This document shows, piece by piece, positions 11,161-25,084 of a stretch of 64,000 nt of DNA. The stretch is taken from the NCBI GenBank assembly GCA_013265495.1, contig MU058718.1:434001-498000 (forward strand). Reading direction: 5' to 3'. Position 1 is the stretch's first letter. Each line of letters opens with the position of its first letter. Source of the DNA: Vicugna vicugna (taxonomy: Eukaryota). The notes below the pieces were generated by a model. The model saw nothing but the letters and a program-made list of their open reading frames with translations, searched no databases and was not told where the DNA came from. Position numbers and translations under genes: made by a program.

Positions 11161-12239
11161 GTAAGGATAATTGTGCTGAGACTGAGAGCTTAGTGAATTC
11201 CCAGGTTTTAAAAATTCTTATAGAAAATGCCTTTCTCTGTTTTTGGAAATTGAATACATTTTGGTAAACTCTTTGTGGAGAGAAAATATAACAATGTCAG
11301 CTTTGAACATATAGATACATAATAATTATTATTTAGTGCTGTTGGTTAATTCTTTGGCATTTACACTGTTCACATCTGTGTAAGTTTCAGCATAGCGTAA
11401 GTTAGGGGAATACCACTAGAAAAAGTGTTACTTATAAATCAAAAGCAAATAAAATTAATAAGTAAAAATGAAACTAATTCACATTTTTGTGCTACTACTT
11501 TAGGGTCCTTGTAAGCAGAGTTTCTTAAAATGCTGTGTATTTACACAATGACTACTAAATGAGAATATTGCTTTTGAGGAAAAAAGCTAGTGTTCTGTTC
11601 TAGCATTTCACATGGAAATTAGGACAAGTGGCTTGCACCTGTTGCTCCTCGTGTCAGTTTCTGCCACATGAAAGACTATGAGCAGCTTTCTTTTGCAAGG
11701 GGAAGGAATATGTGTGGTGTATCAATAAATCCTCGGACTTCCCTTCCCCAGGGATGGCATTGTGCAGCATCAGCACCTTGTGACGTGGATACTTACCTTG
11801 ATAAACTGATTCTTATGAACAAAGATATTGCAAATGAGAAAGATAGAAACTGGTCTAACCACCTCTAGCCTCCTTTAGAATCTCATTAGCAACTTTGTGT
11901 TTCTCATTTTTCATAAGTATTTACAAGAGGATAAAAATTCTAAAGAATTAGATAAAATCACATCTGAATGAATAAGACCTTAAACATCAAAAGATGAAGA
12001 GACTTGGCAAAAGTTGTCATTATATGTTTGAATACTTAAAAATATAATCAGTATTTCTAGTGTAAACCTTGAACATTTCTTAAATCCAGTCTGTTAATGT
12101 AAGAAATTCTACAGCTGAAAGGGTCTCTTTTCAACAATAATGAATGGGAAAGAGAGTAAAGTAGGAGGTGGAGGAAGTGTTACAGATTAAAGAAGTTTGA
12201 GAGACAGATGAAATGAGTGAACCTTGTTAGTAAATAGAA

Positions 12240-12640
12240 GCCAATCCCAAAGAAATATATACTATATATAACATTCCCGAAATGACAGTGATAAGGATGG
12301 TGAACAGAGTACTGATTGTCAGGGCTTGGGGCCTGGGAAGGAAGTATGTGTGTGTGGGGAGGGGGTGGAACATGAGGGATTTTTGTGCTTATGGAACTGT
12401 TATATACCTTGAATGTGATGATAAATACACAGCCTCCAATAGAATTTCACACACACATAGAAGTAAAGAAGGGGGGATTTTATCAATGTCAGTATCCTAG
12501 TTGTAATAGTACACTACAATTTTGCAAAATACAACCATTGGGGGAAACTGAGTAAAGGGCACATGGGGTCTTTCTGTAGTTTTTCTTATAACTGCATGTG
12601 AATCTACAATAATCTAGTCTCAAAATAAAAGGTTTCTTTT
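12240..12640 (+). mobile_element. L1MC/L1MD-type 3' end
   Basis: accattgggggaaactgagtaaagggcacatggg...ttcttataactgcatgtgaatctacaat...aaataaaag. Confidence 0.75.
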
Positions 12641-12925
12641 TAAAAAACCTACCTGCAGTTATAGTATTTTATACTTGATATGGTTAATTACAAGCAGAAT
12701 TTAGACTGAAATATAGAAGTAGAATGTAAATTTTTTAACATGCCTTGCAATTAAGTAATAAGAGATTTGTTAAAAATGAGAACAGTTAATGATTAGCTTA
12801 ACAATTGAAGTGCTAATTATGCTGCTTTATATAAAGGATTGTTACCTGCAAAAGTAAAGAAATAATTTCCTTCCTATTTCTTCATTATCACCTAAAAATC
12901 TTTTCTTCTCCAATGTTTTACAAAG

Positions 12926-13126
12926 GCATGGGCTGCAAAGGCCAAAGGAGAAACTGTAAGTGATGGAGCTGAAGCAAAGAAGCGAAAACGTGTGACAGAT
13001 AGAAGTCGTGAAACTGAAAACCAGACAGAAAAAGCAAAGGAGAATCTTAATTTGCCTAAAAAGCAAAAACCTTTAGATCTTTCTACGAATCAGAAACTGT
13101 CAGCTTTTGCATTTAAGCAGGAATAG
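12926..13126 (+). CDS. WDHD1: WDHD1 last coding exon to stop
   Basis: ttttacaaag|GCA; AWAAKAKGETVSDGAEAKKRKRV...PLDLSTNQKLSAFAFKQE then TAG at 13124-13126; basic KKRKR NLS-like motif and the AND-1 C-terminus. Confidence 0.97.
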   Translation, partial: AWAAKAKGETVSDGAEAKKRKRVTDRSRETENQTEKAKENLNLPKKQKPLDLSTNQKLSAFAFKQE

Positions 13127-13745
13127 AGTAAGGGAGTGAACTTAGGAAGGTAATAGTTTTTTTTACTCATCTTTGATGAATCTGGGCCTTTTTAAAAAAT
13201 CTTTAGGAAACTCATTACATATTTTTAAAAGCATTTAAAGACTACAGTTTGTCTTTATAAGATAATGTAGTAATTATCCTGTTGTAGGGAACAGGGCATG
13301 TATAAAAACTATCATCTCTGCAGATTGCTCTGCCCCCAGATGGAGGGCCATTCAGAAGCATTGTGATTGTGGTCACTGACTTGGGGCCACTGGCATGTCC
13401 CATTGGAAGCCAGTTTGATTTTGTTTCTTGCCTTCAAAATCATCAAAGCCAGGGTCTTATAACCTCTGAGTGTTGAACTGCCTTCTAGGGTTTTCCTCAT
13501 TTGGTTTACGTAATGTACTGGGAAGTACTGCAGTAGTCCTTTTCCCAAGTGTGTTACCATAGACTGCTCTGTGTGTCTGTACTGGACCTAGGGGACTGTG
13601 TATTTTTTAATATAGGCCCTAAACATGTAAATAATTTTGCAGATGAGACCTTTTGTTTGTTTTGGCAGTGTCTTCATGTATGGCTTTGAGTTGTTTGTGT
13701 AGCCTGATTTTTTAAAAATAAAACTTTCACATTTCCATATTTAGC
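13127..13745 (+). other. WDHD1: WDHD1 3' UTR (end approximate)
   Basis: AU-rich sequence between the stop and the first AATAAA I could see. Confidence 0.65.
13717..13722 (+). terminator. Polyadenylation signal AATAAA of WDHD1
   Basis: Canonical hexamer ~590 nt after the stop, with T-rich flanks. Confidence 0.7.
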
Positions 13746-14357
13746 TTGATACAGTCTTAACATTGTATTTCCATGAAATGGAAATTTTCTAGAAAATATA
13801 TTTTATGTTATGTTTATTACCATAATTTCCACCCCCCACCCTCACCTCCCGTTTCTGTTACACATTATACACACAGAAGAGAAGAACTGAAGATGCTGTT
13901 TTGATGGTGTTGTAGCCTAGCGCCTAGTGTGCTCCTAGTAAACTACTCTGGGTATCAACCTCAGCAGTGCTTTTCTGAGCAAGTCTTCGAAGCCTTGATA
14001 AGAGAGTAGTTGAAGAGTAAGGGAAAGTGTTCAACTCCTCTTATTTTGAACAAACAAGATTTAATTACGTATTTCATACATTTTTGGTTAGTATTCTAAG
14101 CAGAGCTTAATACAAATGCATCCACTTAATTTGGACAAATTACAGGGGTGAAGTTGGGTGGGCATGCAGTTGTAAAGTAAAATCAGGTGGCTCAAAGTTG
14201 AGAGTAGTTTCATAGTTACAGGTTGGAATGAACAAAACATGTTGAAAATTTAGATGTACGGGAGCCGAAGGATACTCTTTGTCTCATGATGGTTAAATTA
14301 AGGTTAGGAAGTGATTACATTTCTGATTTTTTAATTAGTAGCTGGTATTGAGAGACA

Positions 14358-14595
14358 TTGTAGCACAGTGGTTAGGAACACAGATTTCAAAACCAGACTA
14401 CCCGGGTTTGAAGACCACTGTAATACCTACCAGCTGAATAATGTTGGGCAAGTTCTAGCCTGTGTCCACTCATCTGAAAAATGAATATGATAATAGTATC
14501 TACTTCAGAGGGTTATTAGGAGAATTGTATGAGGTAAGAGTACTTAGTTCCTGGCACATGGTAATGTTTATATCAGTATCAGCTATTATTATTAT
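14358..14595 (+). mobile_element. MIR SINE
   Basis: gtggttaggaacacaga...ttgggcaagtt...ctcatctgaaaaatg...cctggcacatggtaa. Confidence 0.8.
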
Positions 14596-15399
14596 GCTGT
14601 TGGCTAGTTCATCTTACTTTGTCATTAGGTTTGATTCTGAGTAATATGGAAATTAATTTTAATTTCAAGATCCTGAAGTAAGTTTATTTCTATTACTTTG
14701 GAAAGCATGTTTATAGACATATATTTTGATTTATTTCCTCAATTTGATATAATCCTTTAGTGTTATATTTCAGGTCCACAGCAACCTGATAATACCAAGG
14801 ATTTGCAAAAGGTTTTTTTAATTCCCTACTTTTGTTTGGTTAAAGGAAGGTTTTTGTGTTGATTGGGTTTAACTTGCAGATCAGAACTTTGGAACAAGAA
14901 ATATCACCCTCATTTCTTTTCTATGTAATATTAAACTCCTTTTAAGGAAAAAAAATTTTTTCACAGAATTGGAACTTAATGTAGGAAGATGGAAAAGGAA
15001 ATAAATTAATGTATTAGCCACCATCATGATAATCAGTAGTACTGCCTATTCTGTGCTTATGTGCTGTAGAAAGTTGTCTTATGCTTAATTTCATTCTCCA
15101 GTAGAAAAAGCTTCTCAAAGAGGAAGTTATTTTATAGCTTTATACTCATGAGGGCATCATCTAATTATCCCAGTGAGCAAGTGAGTGAGGGCTGGGTTGT
15201 GCCTGCCAACTCTGGGCACTGTGGTATCCTACAGCCACTGTCAGTGCAGCAGCCTGTGGTGAGCCACTGCCGCTAGCATGGAACAGATCCCTTTAGACAA
15301 AAGGATGAGACCCATCTACGAAGAAAGCATCTTAATCAGTGACTGATTGTCTTTTTTGTTTTCCAGCTGTTTTATTTTAGGAGTATATAATTTTTCCAA

Positions 15400-15920
15400 G
15401 GTGTTTATTTTGAAAATTTTCAGACCTACAGAAAATTTCAAATACTTCAGCGAACATATATATACCCTTTATCAGAATTGATTTTGTGTTCTTTTTTAAT
15501 TTTATTCTTAATTTTTTTGGTGGGGGGGATATTGGGCTTATCTATTTATTACTTTTGGTGGAGGTACTGGGGACTGAACCCAGGACCTCGTGCATACCAG
15601 GCATGCACTCTACCACTGAGCTATATGCCCCCCTCAGGATTGACTTACTGTTGATATTTTGCTGTGAATGCTTTATAAACAGGGTTTTTCCTGAACCATT
15701 TGAAATATGGATCATGACACTTCACCCTTAGATACTTCAGTATATCCCCTAAGAATAGAGACAGTCTTCTGTACAACCACAATATAATTTTATACCAAAG
15801 AAATTTAACAAAAGAATATTATTGCCTAACATATATTTCATAGTAAAATTTGTCCCTTTAGACTTTTTTCTACCCAGCCTAGGATCAGTTAAGAATATTG
15901 CATTGTATTTAATTATTAGA
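15400..15920 (-). mobile_element. L1MC4-like 3' fragment interrupted by a SINE
   Basis: tttattttgaaaattttcagacctacagaaaa...atacccttt resumes after the SINE. Confidence 0.65.
15485..15633 (-). mobile_element. tRNA-derived SINE (Vic-1-like)
   Basis: ggaggtactggggactgaacccaggacctcgtgcat...ctgagctata; imperfect TSD tcagaattgattt / tcaggattgactt. Confidence 0.88.
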
Positions 15921-15931
15921 AGTATATACTT

Positions 15932-16103
15932 TTTTAATGAACTCTTTTTTTTTTGCTTTATTTTTTTTCACTTTTTGGGGGAGGGGTGGTAATTAGGTTT
16001 ATTTACTTTGTTTTATTTATTTATTTTAATGAAGTTATCGGGGATTGAACCCAGGACCTCGTGCATGCAAAGCAAGCACTCTACCACTGAGCTATACCCT
16101 CCC
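15932..16103 (-). mobile_element. tRNA-derived SINE (Vic-1-like)
   Basis: ggggattgaacccaggacctcgtgcatgc...gagctataccctccc; imperfect TSD tagaagtatatactt / tagatgtatgtactt. Confidence 0.9.
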
Positions 16104-16573
16104 TAGATGTATGTACTTCTTAATATAGGAAAATATGAGGTAGGACATTATCCCCAACCCTAATACCCAAAGATAACCACTCTTAACGTTTTAGTGTACA
16201 TCATTAGGCTTTTTTCCCCCCACATAGGTGTGCAGTCCAAATTCGTGCTCCATAGATGTATGAAGAAAATAAAATAAAACAACTCAAGCCTGCAATTTAA
16301 AGTGTAGCCTTTTTGCTGGTAGTGTTCCTGTAATTAATACCAATTTCTGCCTATTCTGGAACTGTGTCATAAAGGGCAAAAATTGATGGAGTAGAAAATA
16401 AACATAATGGAATCAGAAAGCCAGAAGTTGGTTCTTTGAAAGACTAATAAATTAGAAAAGTATTTGGCAAGATTAAACATGATATAAAGAGAAAAGCATA
16501 AATAAGTGATATTAGGAATGAAAAGGTATTTAATAACTACAAATGATACAGATTTTGTAAAGATAAAAGGCTT

Positions 16574-16983
16574 ACTATGGTCAGTTTTACATGTCAACTC
16601 GCTAGGCTATAGTTGCCAGTTATTCAGTCAAACACTATGTGTTGCTATGAAGCTATTTTATAGATTGTATTAAAGTCCATAATCAGTTGACTTTAAATTA
16701 AGTGAGATTATCCTTGATAATCTGTATGGGCCTGATTCACTCAGTTGAAGGGCCTTAAGAGCAGAACTGAGGTTCCCCTGAGGGAGTAGAAATTACACCT
16801 GTAGATAGAAGTTTCATCTCATGCCTGGGATTTTCAGCCTGCCTTTCCTGGATGCCTACCCTATGGATTTAGGGTTTCAGACTTACCTACCAGCCTCCAC
16901 AGTCATGTGAATCAATTCCTTGCAGAAAATCTCAATATATATCTCCTACTAGTTCTGTTTCTCCAGTTGAACACTGACCAAGT
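16574..16983 (+). mobile_element. ERVL LTR (MLT2D-like) inserted into an old L1 ORF2 fragment
   Basis: tgtcaactcgctaggctatag...cataatcagttgacttta...ggccttaagagcagaactgagg...ctagttctgtttctc. Confidence 0.8.
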
Positions 16984-17079
16984 CAAGACTTATAAATAGC
17001 TTTTTGACAATAAATGGAAAATTCTGATGAAATGAGCAGATACTGACAAAAGCAGGGTTAAAACTGACTCAAAACATCA

Positions 17080-18770
17080 AAAGACTAAAATACGTAGGAG
17101 TAAATCTAACAAATAAGTACGAAACTTATACTTTGAACTACAAAACATTGTTGAAAGACATAAAAGAAGACCTAAATAAATGGGAAGACATCTTCTGTTT
17201 AGAGACCAGAAGACTTCATAATGTTAAATTGGCAATACTCCCCAAACTGATCTACAGATTCAGTGCAATCCTATCAAAACCCAAGCTGGCTTCTTTGCAG
17301 AAAATGACAAGCTGATTGATCCTAATGTTCATATGGAAATTGAAGGGACCTAGACTAGCCAAAATAATCTTGAAAAAGAACAAGTTGGAGAGTTCACAAT
17401 TCCCAGTTTTAAAATTTACTGCAAAGCTACAGTAATTAAGGCAATATGGTACTGGCATGAGAACAGACCTACAGATCAGTGGGATGGAGTTGAGAGTACA
17501 GAAATAAACTCACATTTACAGCCAGTTAATTTTTGACAAGATTGCTGGGACAATTCAGTGGGCCAAAGGATAGTCTTTTTCTACCAACAGTGCTGGGACA
17601 ACTGGGATACATGCAAAAGAATGAGTTTGCACTCCTCTCACACCATACAAAAAATTAATCCCAAATGGATCAAGACATAAATGGAAGAGCTAAATACTGT
17701 AAGATTCTGAGAAGAAAACATAGGCGTAAGTCTTTGTGACCTTGGATTAAATAATGGTTCCTTAGATATAACCTCAGAAGCACAAGCAACAAGAAGAGTT
17801 ATGAAGTCAATACCATCAAAATTTAAAACGTTTGTGCTTCAAAGAACACCATCAAGAAAGTGAAAAAAACAAGCCACAGAATGGGAAGTTTTTTTGCAAA
17901 TCATAATATCTGGTAAAGGACTTGTATCTAGACTATATAAACAACTCTTACAACAAATAACCCAGCTTTTAAATGGGCAAATGACTTTGAACAGACATTT
18001 CTCCAAAGACAATATACAAATGGCCAATAAGCACATGAAAAGATACTCAGTATTTTTAGGCATCAGGAAGATGCCTAAATTCAAATTCAAAACCACAAAG
18101 AGAAATCACTTCACACCCACTAGGATGGCTCTAATGAAAAACATGAACAATAAGTGTTGGTGAGGATGTGGAAAAATTGGTACCCTCAGACATTGCTGGA
18201 AGGATGTAAAATGGTGGTTTGGCAGTTCCTCATAAGGTTAAGCATAGTGTTATCACATCATGAAACATGTCCACACAAAAACTTGTATGTGAATGTTCAG
18301 AGCATCCTTATTTATAATAGTCAAAAAAATAAAAACAACCCAAATGTTCAACAAGTGATGAATGGATTAACAAAATCCAATGGAATATTATTTGGCAATA
18401 AAAAAGAATGAAGTACTGTTGCATATTACAACATGGACAAACCGTGAAAGCATCATGCTAAGTGAAAGAAGCCAGTCACAAAAGACCATATATTATATGA
18501 CTTCATTTCCATGAAATGTCCAGAATAGGCGAATCTATAGAGACAGAAAATAGATTGGTGGTTGCCTTGAGCAGAGGGTTAAGAGGGAAGGGTGAGTGAC
18601 TGCTAATGGGTAGAGGATTTCATTTTGGAGTGATGAAAATATTCTGGAATTAGATAGCAGCAGTGGTTGCACAACTCTGTCAATTTACTAAAAACCACTG
18701 AATTGTACACTTTAAATAGGTGAATGGTTGGTATGTGAATTATGTCTCTATAAAGTTGTTATTTAAAAAA
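17080..18770 (+). mobile_element. L1 (L1MB-like) ORF2 3' part plus 3' UTR
   Basis: ORF fragments NYKTLLKDIKEDLNKWEDI, AILPKLIYRFSAI, LNRHFSKDNIQMANKHMKR are L1 ORF2; typical 3' UTR and A tail. Confidence 0.93.
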
Positions 18771-18772
18771 TT

Positions 18773-19350
18773 GACTTGTGGTACAGACCTCCAGTTGCAA
18801 AATAAGTGAGTCATGGGTGTGAAGTATATAATGTGGAGAGTATAGTCAATAATTATGTAATATCCCTGGCCATAGATCATAACTAGACTTCCCTCATGGT
18901 GATCGTTTTGAAATGTATAGAAATACCGAATCACTCCATTCTATAACAAGAACTAACACAGAATATAGAAAAAGAGATCAGACTTGTGGTTACCAGAGTT
19001 GGGAGTTGGGGAAGGGGAAATTGGATGAAGGTGGTCAAAAGGTACAAACTTTCAGTTGTAAGATTAATAAGTGATTAATAAGTACTAGGGATGTAATGTA
19101 CAACATGATAAATATAATTAACACTGTTATATGGTATATATGAAAGCCAAGAAAATAAATCCTGAATTCTCATCACATGGAAAATTTTTTTCTTTCTTTC
19201 ATTTTGTACCTATATGAGATAATGGATGTTCACTGAACTTATTCTGATAATCATTTCATGTTGTATATAAGTCAAATCATTCTTTTAAACCTTAAACTTA
19301 CACAGAACTGTGGGTCAATTATATCAATAAAACTGGAAGAAAAAAATAAA
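18773..19350 (+). mobile_element. Two stacked L1 3'-end fragments (L1MA9/laurasiatherian type)
   Basis: ggtacagacctccagttgcaaaataag... and aaggtacaaactttcagttgtaag...caattatatcaataaaactgg. Confidence 0.75.
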
Positions 19351-20874
19351 GAAATAGAAAATCTAAATAGTTTATAACCAATTTTAAAAATTAGTCTATA
19401 TTTAAAGTTCTTTAAAAGAAAATCCCAGGCTGGGTGAATATAAAGTCATGTTCTGTCAACAGTCAAGTAAAAGTTACAATCTTATACAAATTACTGAATA
19501 TAGCAGCTGTCATAACTGATAATGAAACCTGACAAGTTTAGTTTAAGAAAGAAAATTATGAACCAATCTCACTCATGAACATAGAAGAAAACTAAATAAA
19601 AATTTTAGGCCAGATCCAACATTGTATTTTTTTAAAATACTATTTAGTTACCCCATTGACTTAATCCCAAGAATACAATGTTGGTCTAATACTAGAAAGC
19701 CAGTTAATGCTGATTGAAGGGCAAAATTAAAATATCTTGCATAAAAGCATGTATCTTGTTCAAAGGGGTTTGTGGCGTTCTGTTTTTCTCTGTTACTTTA
19801 TAGAATTAACTTTGGATGTTACTGAACCATGTCACCCAAGGGCTCATAAACACACTGATATTTTTATGACAAGGATAGTAATAGCAGCATAAATATAAAT
19901 TACTGCAAAACTTGTTAAAAAGAGAAGAGTGCTACTATTCTTTCCATTGAAAACTGTATTTCATTTGCTAGGTCTCTGTCTCCTGTTTCTCCTGGTATAT
20001 TTTTCTTTTGTATTGTATGCACCTCTTGTAATTGTGGAGACTTGTCGATCTCACCAAGAGGCCCAGGTTTTCAAGGGCATAGTTGATTCAGTATAAGGTT
20101 TGGAGCTTGATAGGTTTAGGGTGTATATTCTGCTTCTACCACTGGAGTTATGTGGCCCTGGGAACCACTTAACCTCCTAAACCTCTGACTTTTTGTTCTT
20201 GTATGGTCCTTGTAATAAAGGTGACAGCCACTTTCTGCTCAGACCCCCTTCTCAGAGAATCTCATAGGTCATGTCCCCAGAGACTGCCACATATCCCTTG
20301 CTATCACTTCCCCAGGCTACAGCTGCATTAGAAGTGCACAGCTGACTCCAGTATTCAGGGATCCCATCTCTCCCCCTAAATGTGGAATTTGGACACAGAG
20401 CAGAATCAGTTCATCTGAGGAACTAAGCTACACAGGCATATAGAAGCAAGTGCCACAGCTGTAGTAGGGAAAACCTAGAGTGGTGGGGAAGCAGAGAAAT
20501 CACTGAGCAGAGGAAATCCATCTAGCGTAAGTGGAAAAGTGGAGAAAAAATAAACAAAAATTGTCAGGTCAACATTATCTCGGCTGCTTCTGTGGCTCTG
20601 ATAACAAAAATTCTAAAGAAAGAAAGGTGACGAGCTGGCTGTCTAATTCTTAAAGAGAAGTGTGGAGCAGATGAATGGCAAATATGTTCGCCCAAGTTTG
20701 GCACCTGGCCCCAACAAAGAGTGTTCCTCCCTGAAGACAGCTGGATTGGAATTGATATAGATGGTTTTTCTAAAGAGGGAGGAGCATTAATGTGGTTCAT
20801 TGAGATAGAGGCTTTTCATGACATTTCTTCCTCTAATGTTATAGCAGCTGATTAAAAATAGTAGCTGGCATACC

Positions 20875-21850
20875 TAGAATATGTAAAGAACTCATAAACT
20901 CAGCATTAAAAACAAAACATAATCCAATTAGAAATGAGCAAAAAGACATAAACAGACATTTCATTAAGAGGATATACAGATGCAAACACTTGAAAAGAAG
21001 TTGAAGAGCACTAGCCGTTAAGAGAAATGCAAATTGAAACTACAATGAGATATCACTGCATACCTGTCAGAGCAGCTAAAAGGAAAAAGTAGTGATAACA
21101 CCAGATGCAAATGAGGATACAGAGAAGGTGGATCACTCATACTGCTGATGGGAATGTAAAATGGTACAGCAGCTCTAGAAAATACTTTGGCAGTTTCTTT
21201 CAAAACTGAAAGAGACTCACTATGTGACCAGCAATTGCCCTCCTAAGCACTTATCCCAGAGAAATGAAAACATTTCTACACAGGAACTTGTGCATGACTG
21301 TTCATAGCAGCTTTATTTTTAATAGTCCCAATCTGGCAACTACTCAGATGTCCCTCAATGGCTAAATAGTTAATCTATAGTTATTCATACCATGCGTGGT
21401 ATACTACTCAGCAGTAAAAAGGAAGAAACTATTGATACAAGCAACAATTTGGATTAACCTTGAGAAAATTAAGCTGAGTGAAAGAAAGCCAAGCTCAAGG
21501 GCATATTTTGATTCCATTCCACTGCATGATTTCATTTATATATCATTCATGAAATGATACAGAGATGGAGAAAAGATTATGGTTACTGGAGTTAAAGACG
21601 GGGATGGGAGGGATGTGGCTATTAGGGGTGACAGGAGCAATTCTTGTGATGATAACAGCTGAGTACCTTGATTAAGGTGTTGATTTTGCAAGAACTTACA
21701 TGTGATGAAGTTGCATAGAGGTATGTACACATACACACAAATAAATCTGCCCTGGTAAAATTTGAATAAGTTGTATGGATTGTTTTAGTGTCAATTTCTT
21801 GGTTCTGATATTCTATTTTTGTGTAAGATGTTAACATTGTGGAGGGGGAG
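20875..21850 (+). mobile_element. L1MC/L1MD-type ORF2 end and 3' UTR
   Basis: aacagacatttc...gaaatgcaaattgaaactacaatgagatatcac...tgtaaaatggtacagc...gtaagatgttaacattg. Confidence 0.85.
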
Positions 21851-23119
21851 CATACCTGAGGATATCCTGCAACTGGAAATAAATCAGCTCTCACAAGGCA
21901 TTTGTAGCTAATGGGAGAGAATTTACATTCCTGACCCCTAACAGAGTTATAAGCTCTTTGAGAGCAGACTTGAGTTTTGTTTTGTTTTGTTTTTTGTATT
22001 GTCAGAGCCTGGCACAGTGCCTCTCCTAAACCAGACAATCAGTGTTTCTCTTGTCAACATTAATAAAGGATTCTGAGCTCACAACTGAGTGATCTTTGTC
22101 AATGTACCAAGAAAAATATGCATTACTATTTTGTAAGTCATTTTATGATTAATTTGCAGAAGGCTAAAGGGATAGTAAGAAAAAAACTTCACTAGAATTT
22201 GGCAAAATAAGATGGTTCAAGTTCTTGTCACAAAATATTTCATGATGACATGCTTCCTGTTGAATGACTAACTGGATGAGAATACCACATTTATTTTGTG
22301 TTCTTAGAAATACATAGGTCACATATTGATTCTTGAGTCTGAGAAAATTCATCTACAATATCTTCATCTGAAAACCCATAATCTGAGATTCATTTATATG
22401 ACCAATTCCACTATCATGAATGGAGTTTGAAGCGCTACTATCTGCCTCTTTGCATTTATCTTCTGATTCATCTAATAACTTTGAAACATTTTCCTCTGTC
22501 AATTTCCTTCTTTGCCATTATGGATGGAAGAGGAAAAATTCTGAATCCTCAGCTTGTTCTGTGAGATCTTAAAGCAACTATAAAGATAGTCCCTCCTGTC
22601 TTCTATTATTCCTTCTTGAAGAATGATACAATACTTTGGAAAATACAGTAAGAAAACTTTAGGATAACAATTTTTTTTAACATTGCATCATCCTTTTAGG
22701 TGATATTTCCCCATTTTCTTATAACTTAATTCCTTTTTAAAATATAGCTGGGAAAAATGAAAGTGTATGATAAAAGAACTCCTTAAATGATAAAATGGCA
22801 AAACATGAAGTAAGAAAAATAAGATCAATAAAATCCCATAATGTATCTTAGATTTATAAAAGTATCAATTGCCTATGTTGTGATCACCAAGATAGAATAA
22901 ATTTTATTCCAATTTTTTAAATTAAATTTTCTCTTTGTTCTTTGGAAGACCTCTAAGAAAGAAAAAAAATCATAAAATATTACTCCTTACAAATAATTAG
23001 AACTGCTCCAAAAGAAAATTAAAAAACTAATATCAGGTCCAGTGGAGCCTGATGGTATTCCACAAGTTAATGGTGAATAACAACTAATTTGTTTTAGGTA
23101 GTAACGAGGTTACAGAGAC

Positions 23120-23745
23120 AGACATTGTTGGTTGCCCACCCAACAGCCTTCCCATCTTTTTACTTAGTTTAATGGAACCCTCATTTTTTTTTGTAACAAC
23201 GATGGATGTAAGCCCTTCTTCCTCAGCAGTTGGTCTTCAGGTGTCTGTATGTTAGCCAATGAAATAAGGAGAAATCTCTTGAGGGGGCTTCTTAGAAAGT
23301 CTTCCTCCCTGAAAAAGAAAGACAAGAGGAGGAGGTGGTTTGGGCTTCACTTTTCCTACTGTGTTTGAACACGTTGTGCTCAGAGCTACAGCAGTCTTCT
23401 GTGTCTGAGGGCCATCATTGACAGCATGATGAGAAGGACTAAGGGGAATGTCGGGAAGAGCCTGAGTCCTTGATGACATTGTTGAGACTCCAAGTTGTGC
23501 CTACAATACCATTTCCAGGAGTCTGGTTAAGTGAAATAATAGTCGTCTGCATTGTTTAAGCAGGTGGGTCTCAAGCTTAACTGTGTTTGAGAATCCCTCT
23601 CAATGCCCAGGTCACAACCAGACCAATGAAATCAGATCTCACCAGGTAGGAATCAGGTTTCCCAAGTGATTCCAATGTGCAGCCAATTTTGAGAACCACC
23701 AGTTCAAGCCACTTTTAGTTGGGTATTCTGTTTCTGGCAGGAGGG
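23120..23745 (+). mobile_element. Ancient ERVL-class LTR (LTR16/LTR33-like) with nested MER5A at ~23561-23700
   Basis: gagcctgagtccttgatgacattgttgag; the LTR motif tttaagccac is split by a MER5A-like unit flanked by tgtttaag / agttcaag. Confidence 0.65.
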
Positions 23746-24152
23746 GGTGGGGGGAAAGCTACATGGTACAGTTCCTGATTGAAAATATTTATTTCAGCCA
23801 GATAAAATTCAGATTCCCACAAATGGTGAAAAGATCAAAACCAGTTTGTTTTCTCATCAGCTTTTGTTCCTCCATCTGTGAAACATTCATAACATTGTAG
23901 TTAATTTCCACAAATACTTGGATGACTGGCGGGAACAAATGTACAGTAGCAGTTGTGATGCTAAAAATAAAAATAAACCCATAACAACAAAGAAACATGG
24001 CTTTGCACGTCACTGCTAAGCTGTTCCGTTCCCTTTGTCTTTATTATAATTTCCAATTTGCTTTTATAGTGCTGGTACTTTCTGGCAGCATGGTGGCCAC
24101 CAGTCTTACAGGCAGCAGCATATCTGAGTTTTCCAGGTGTTAAGTGATCAAC

Positions 24153-24666
24153 TGAAACTGAGTTCCCCTGATAAGTTTATGATTAACCTCTCTATCCAAA
24201 ACTTTATTCCCTGTCTTGTCCTCTCTGGCCTCAATCCTGTCCTAACTGAAGACTAATTAACCAGAGTCAGGGGACTAAAATTGCTGTTGCTGAAAACATC
24301 GTTAATGTTGTGAAATTGCTGTTGTCAATTACTTGTTGCTAATGTACAGACTCAGGCTGTTTCTCCAGGGCAGGATGAGCTAACAGACCCCTGGGGCATG
24401 GACCACTAGACCACAGACTCTAAACCTTAGGCATCCTGACTCTTGAAACTACAGTTAGGAAATGTCACAAGACAATGATTAACCCCAGCCTCTTTGTTCT
24501 TCCCATTTAAAACCCCCTAACTCAAACACCAAGTTGCAGTGGATATGAAGCTTGTCTCCCACTCCCTTGCTTGGTGCCCTGCGATAAACCCTTAATTAGT
24601 TGCCAACACCTGCTGTCAGAGTTTGGTGTTCTGTGCTGCGGGCACAAGAGCCCTTGCTCAGTTACA
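24153..24666 (+). mobile_element. Solo ERV LTR (514 bp, ERV1-like)
   Basis: TG...CA ends with 9/10 terminal inverted repeat (tgaaactgag / ctcagttaca); 4-bp TSD caac/taac; TATA-like atttaaaa and degenerate poly(A) gataaa. Confidence 0.8.
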
Positions 24667-25084
24667 TAACCGAAGGGCATCAGGAAACTCCCACGTGAAG
24701 AATTATTTCATCAATATCATAAACAGCTGTCATCCCCTCTCTCATCTGCGTTCTTATTGAAAGGATAGCTATAAAACACAAACAAGCAAACAAAACAAAA
24801 ACATGGCAAATTTTTCTATTACTCTAGTGTTTTAAAACGTGTCTGAAAACTGTCACATTGCTTGCTGAATTACCGACCACGCAAAAGGTTTTTCCTTTGC
24901 CTCTAGAGATCCCATTAAATAATAGGAAAAAATAAAAACAAAAAGTTAATAAAGCCACAAAATTGATGACGAAAGGGATGAAGGATATCCAGGCATGAGA
25001 GAATTCAATGAATTTAGGAGGACAAAAAAAAAAAAAAAACAGGAGGATGCCTAATGAAGCAAGGCAGGAAAACTATAATCTAGA

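Noticed and set aside
11788..11800. atacttacct, like the U1 snRNA 5' end
   Set aside because: Only ~10 nt match; no U1 body follows. It is just an antisense donor consensus.
17133..18411. L1 ORF2-like ORFs as a possible active element or host gene
   Set aside because: Fragmented by stops and frameshifts and 5'-truncated.
25016..25047. A-run flanked by aggagga twice
   Set aside because: A 7-bp low-complexity repeat is too short to call a TSD.
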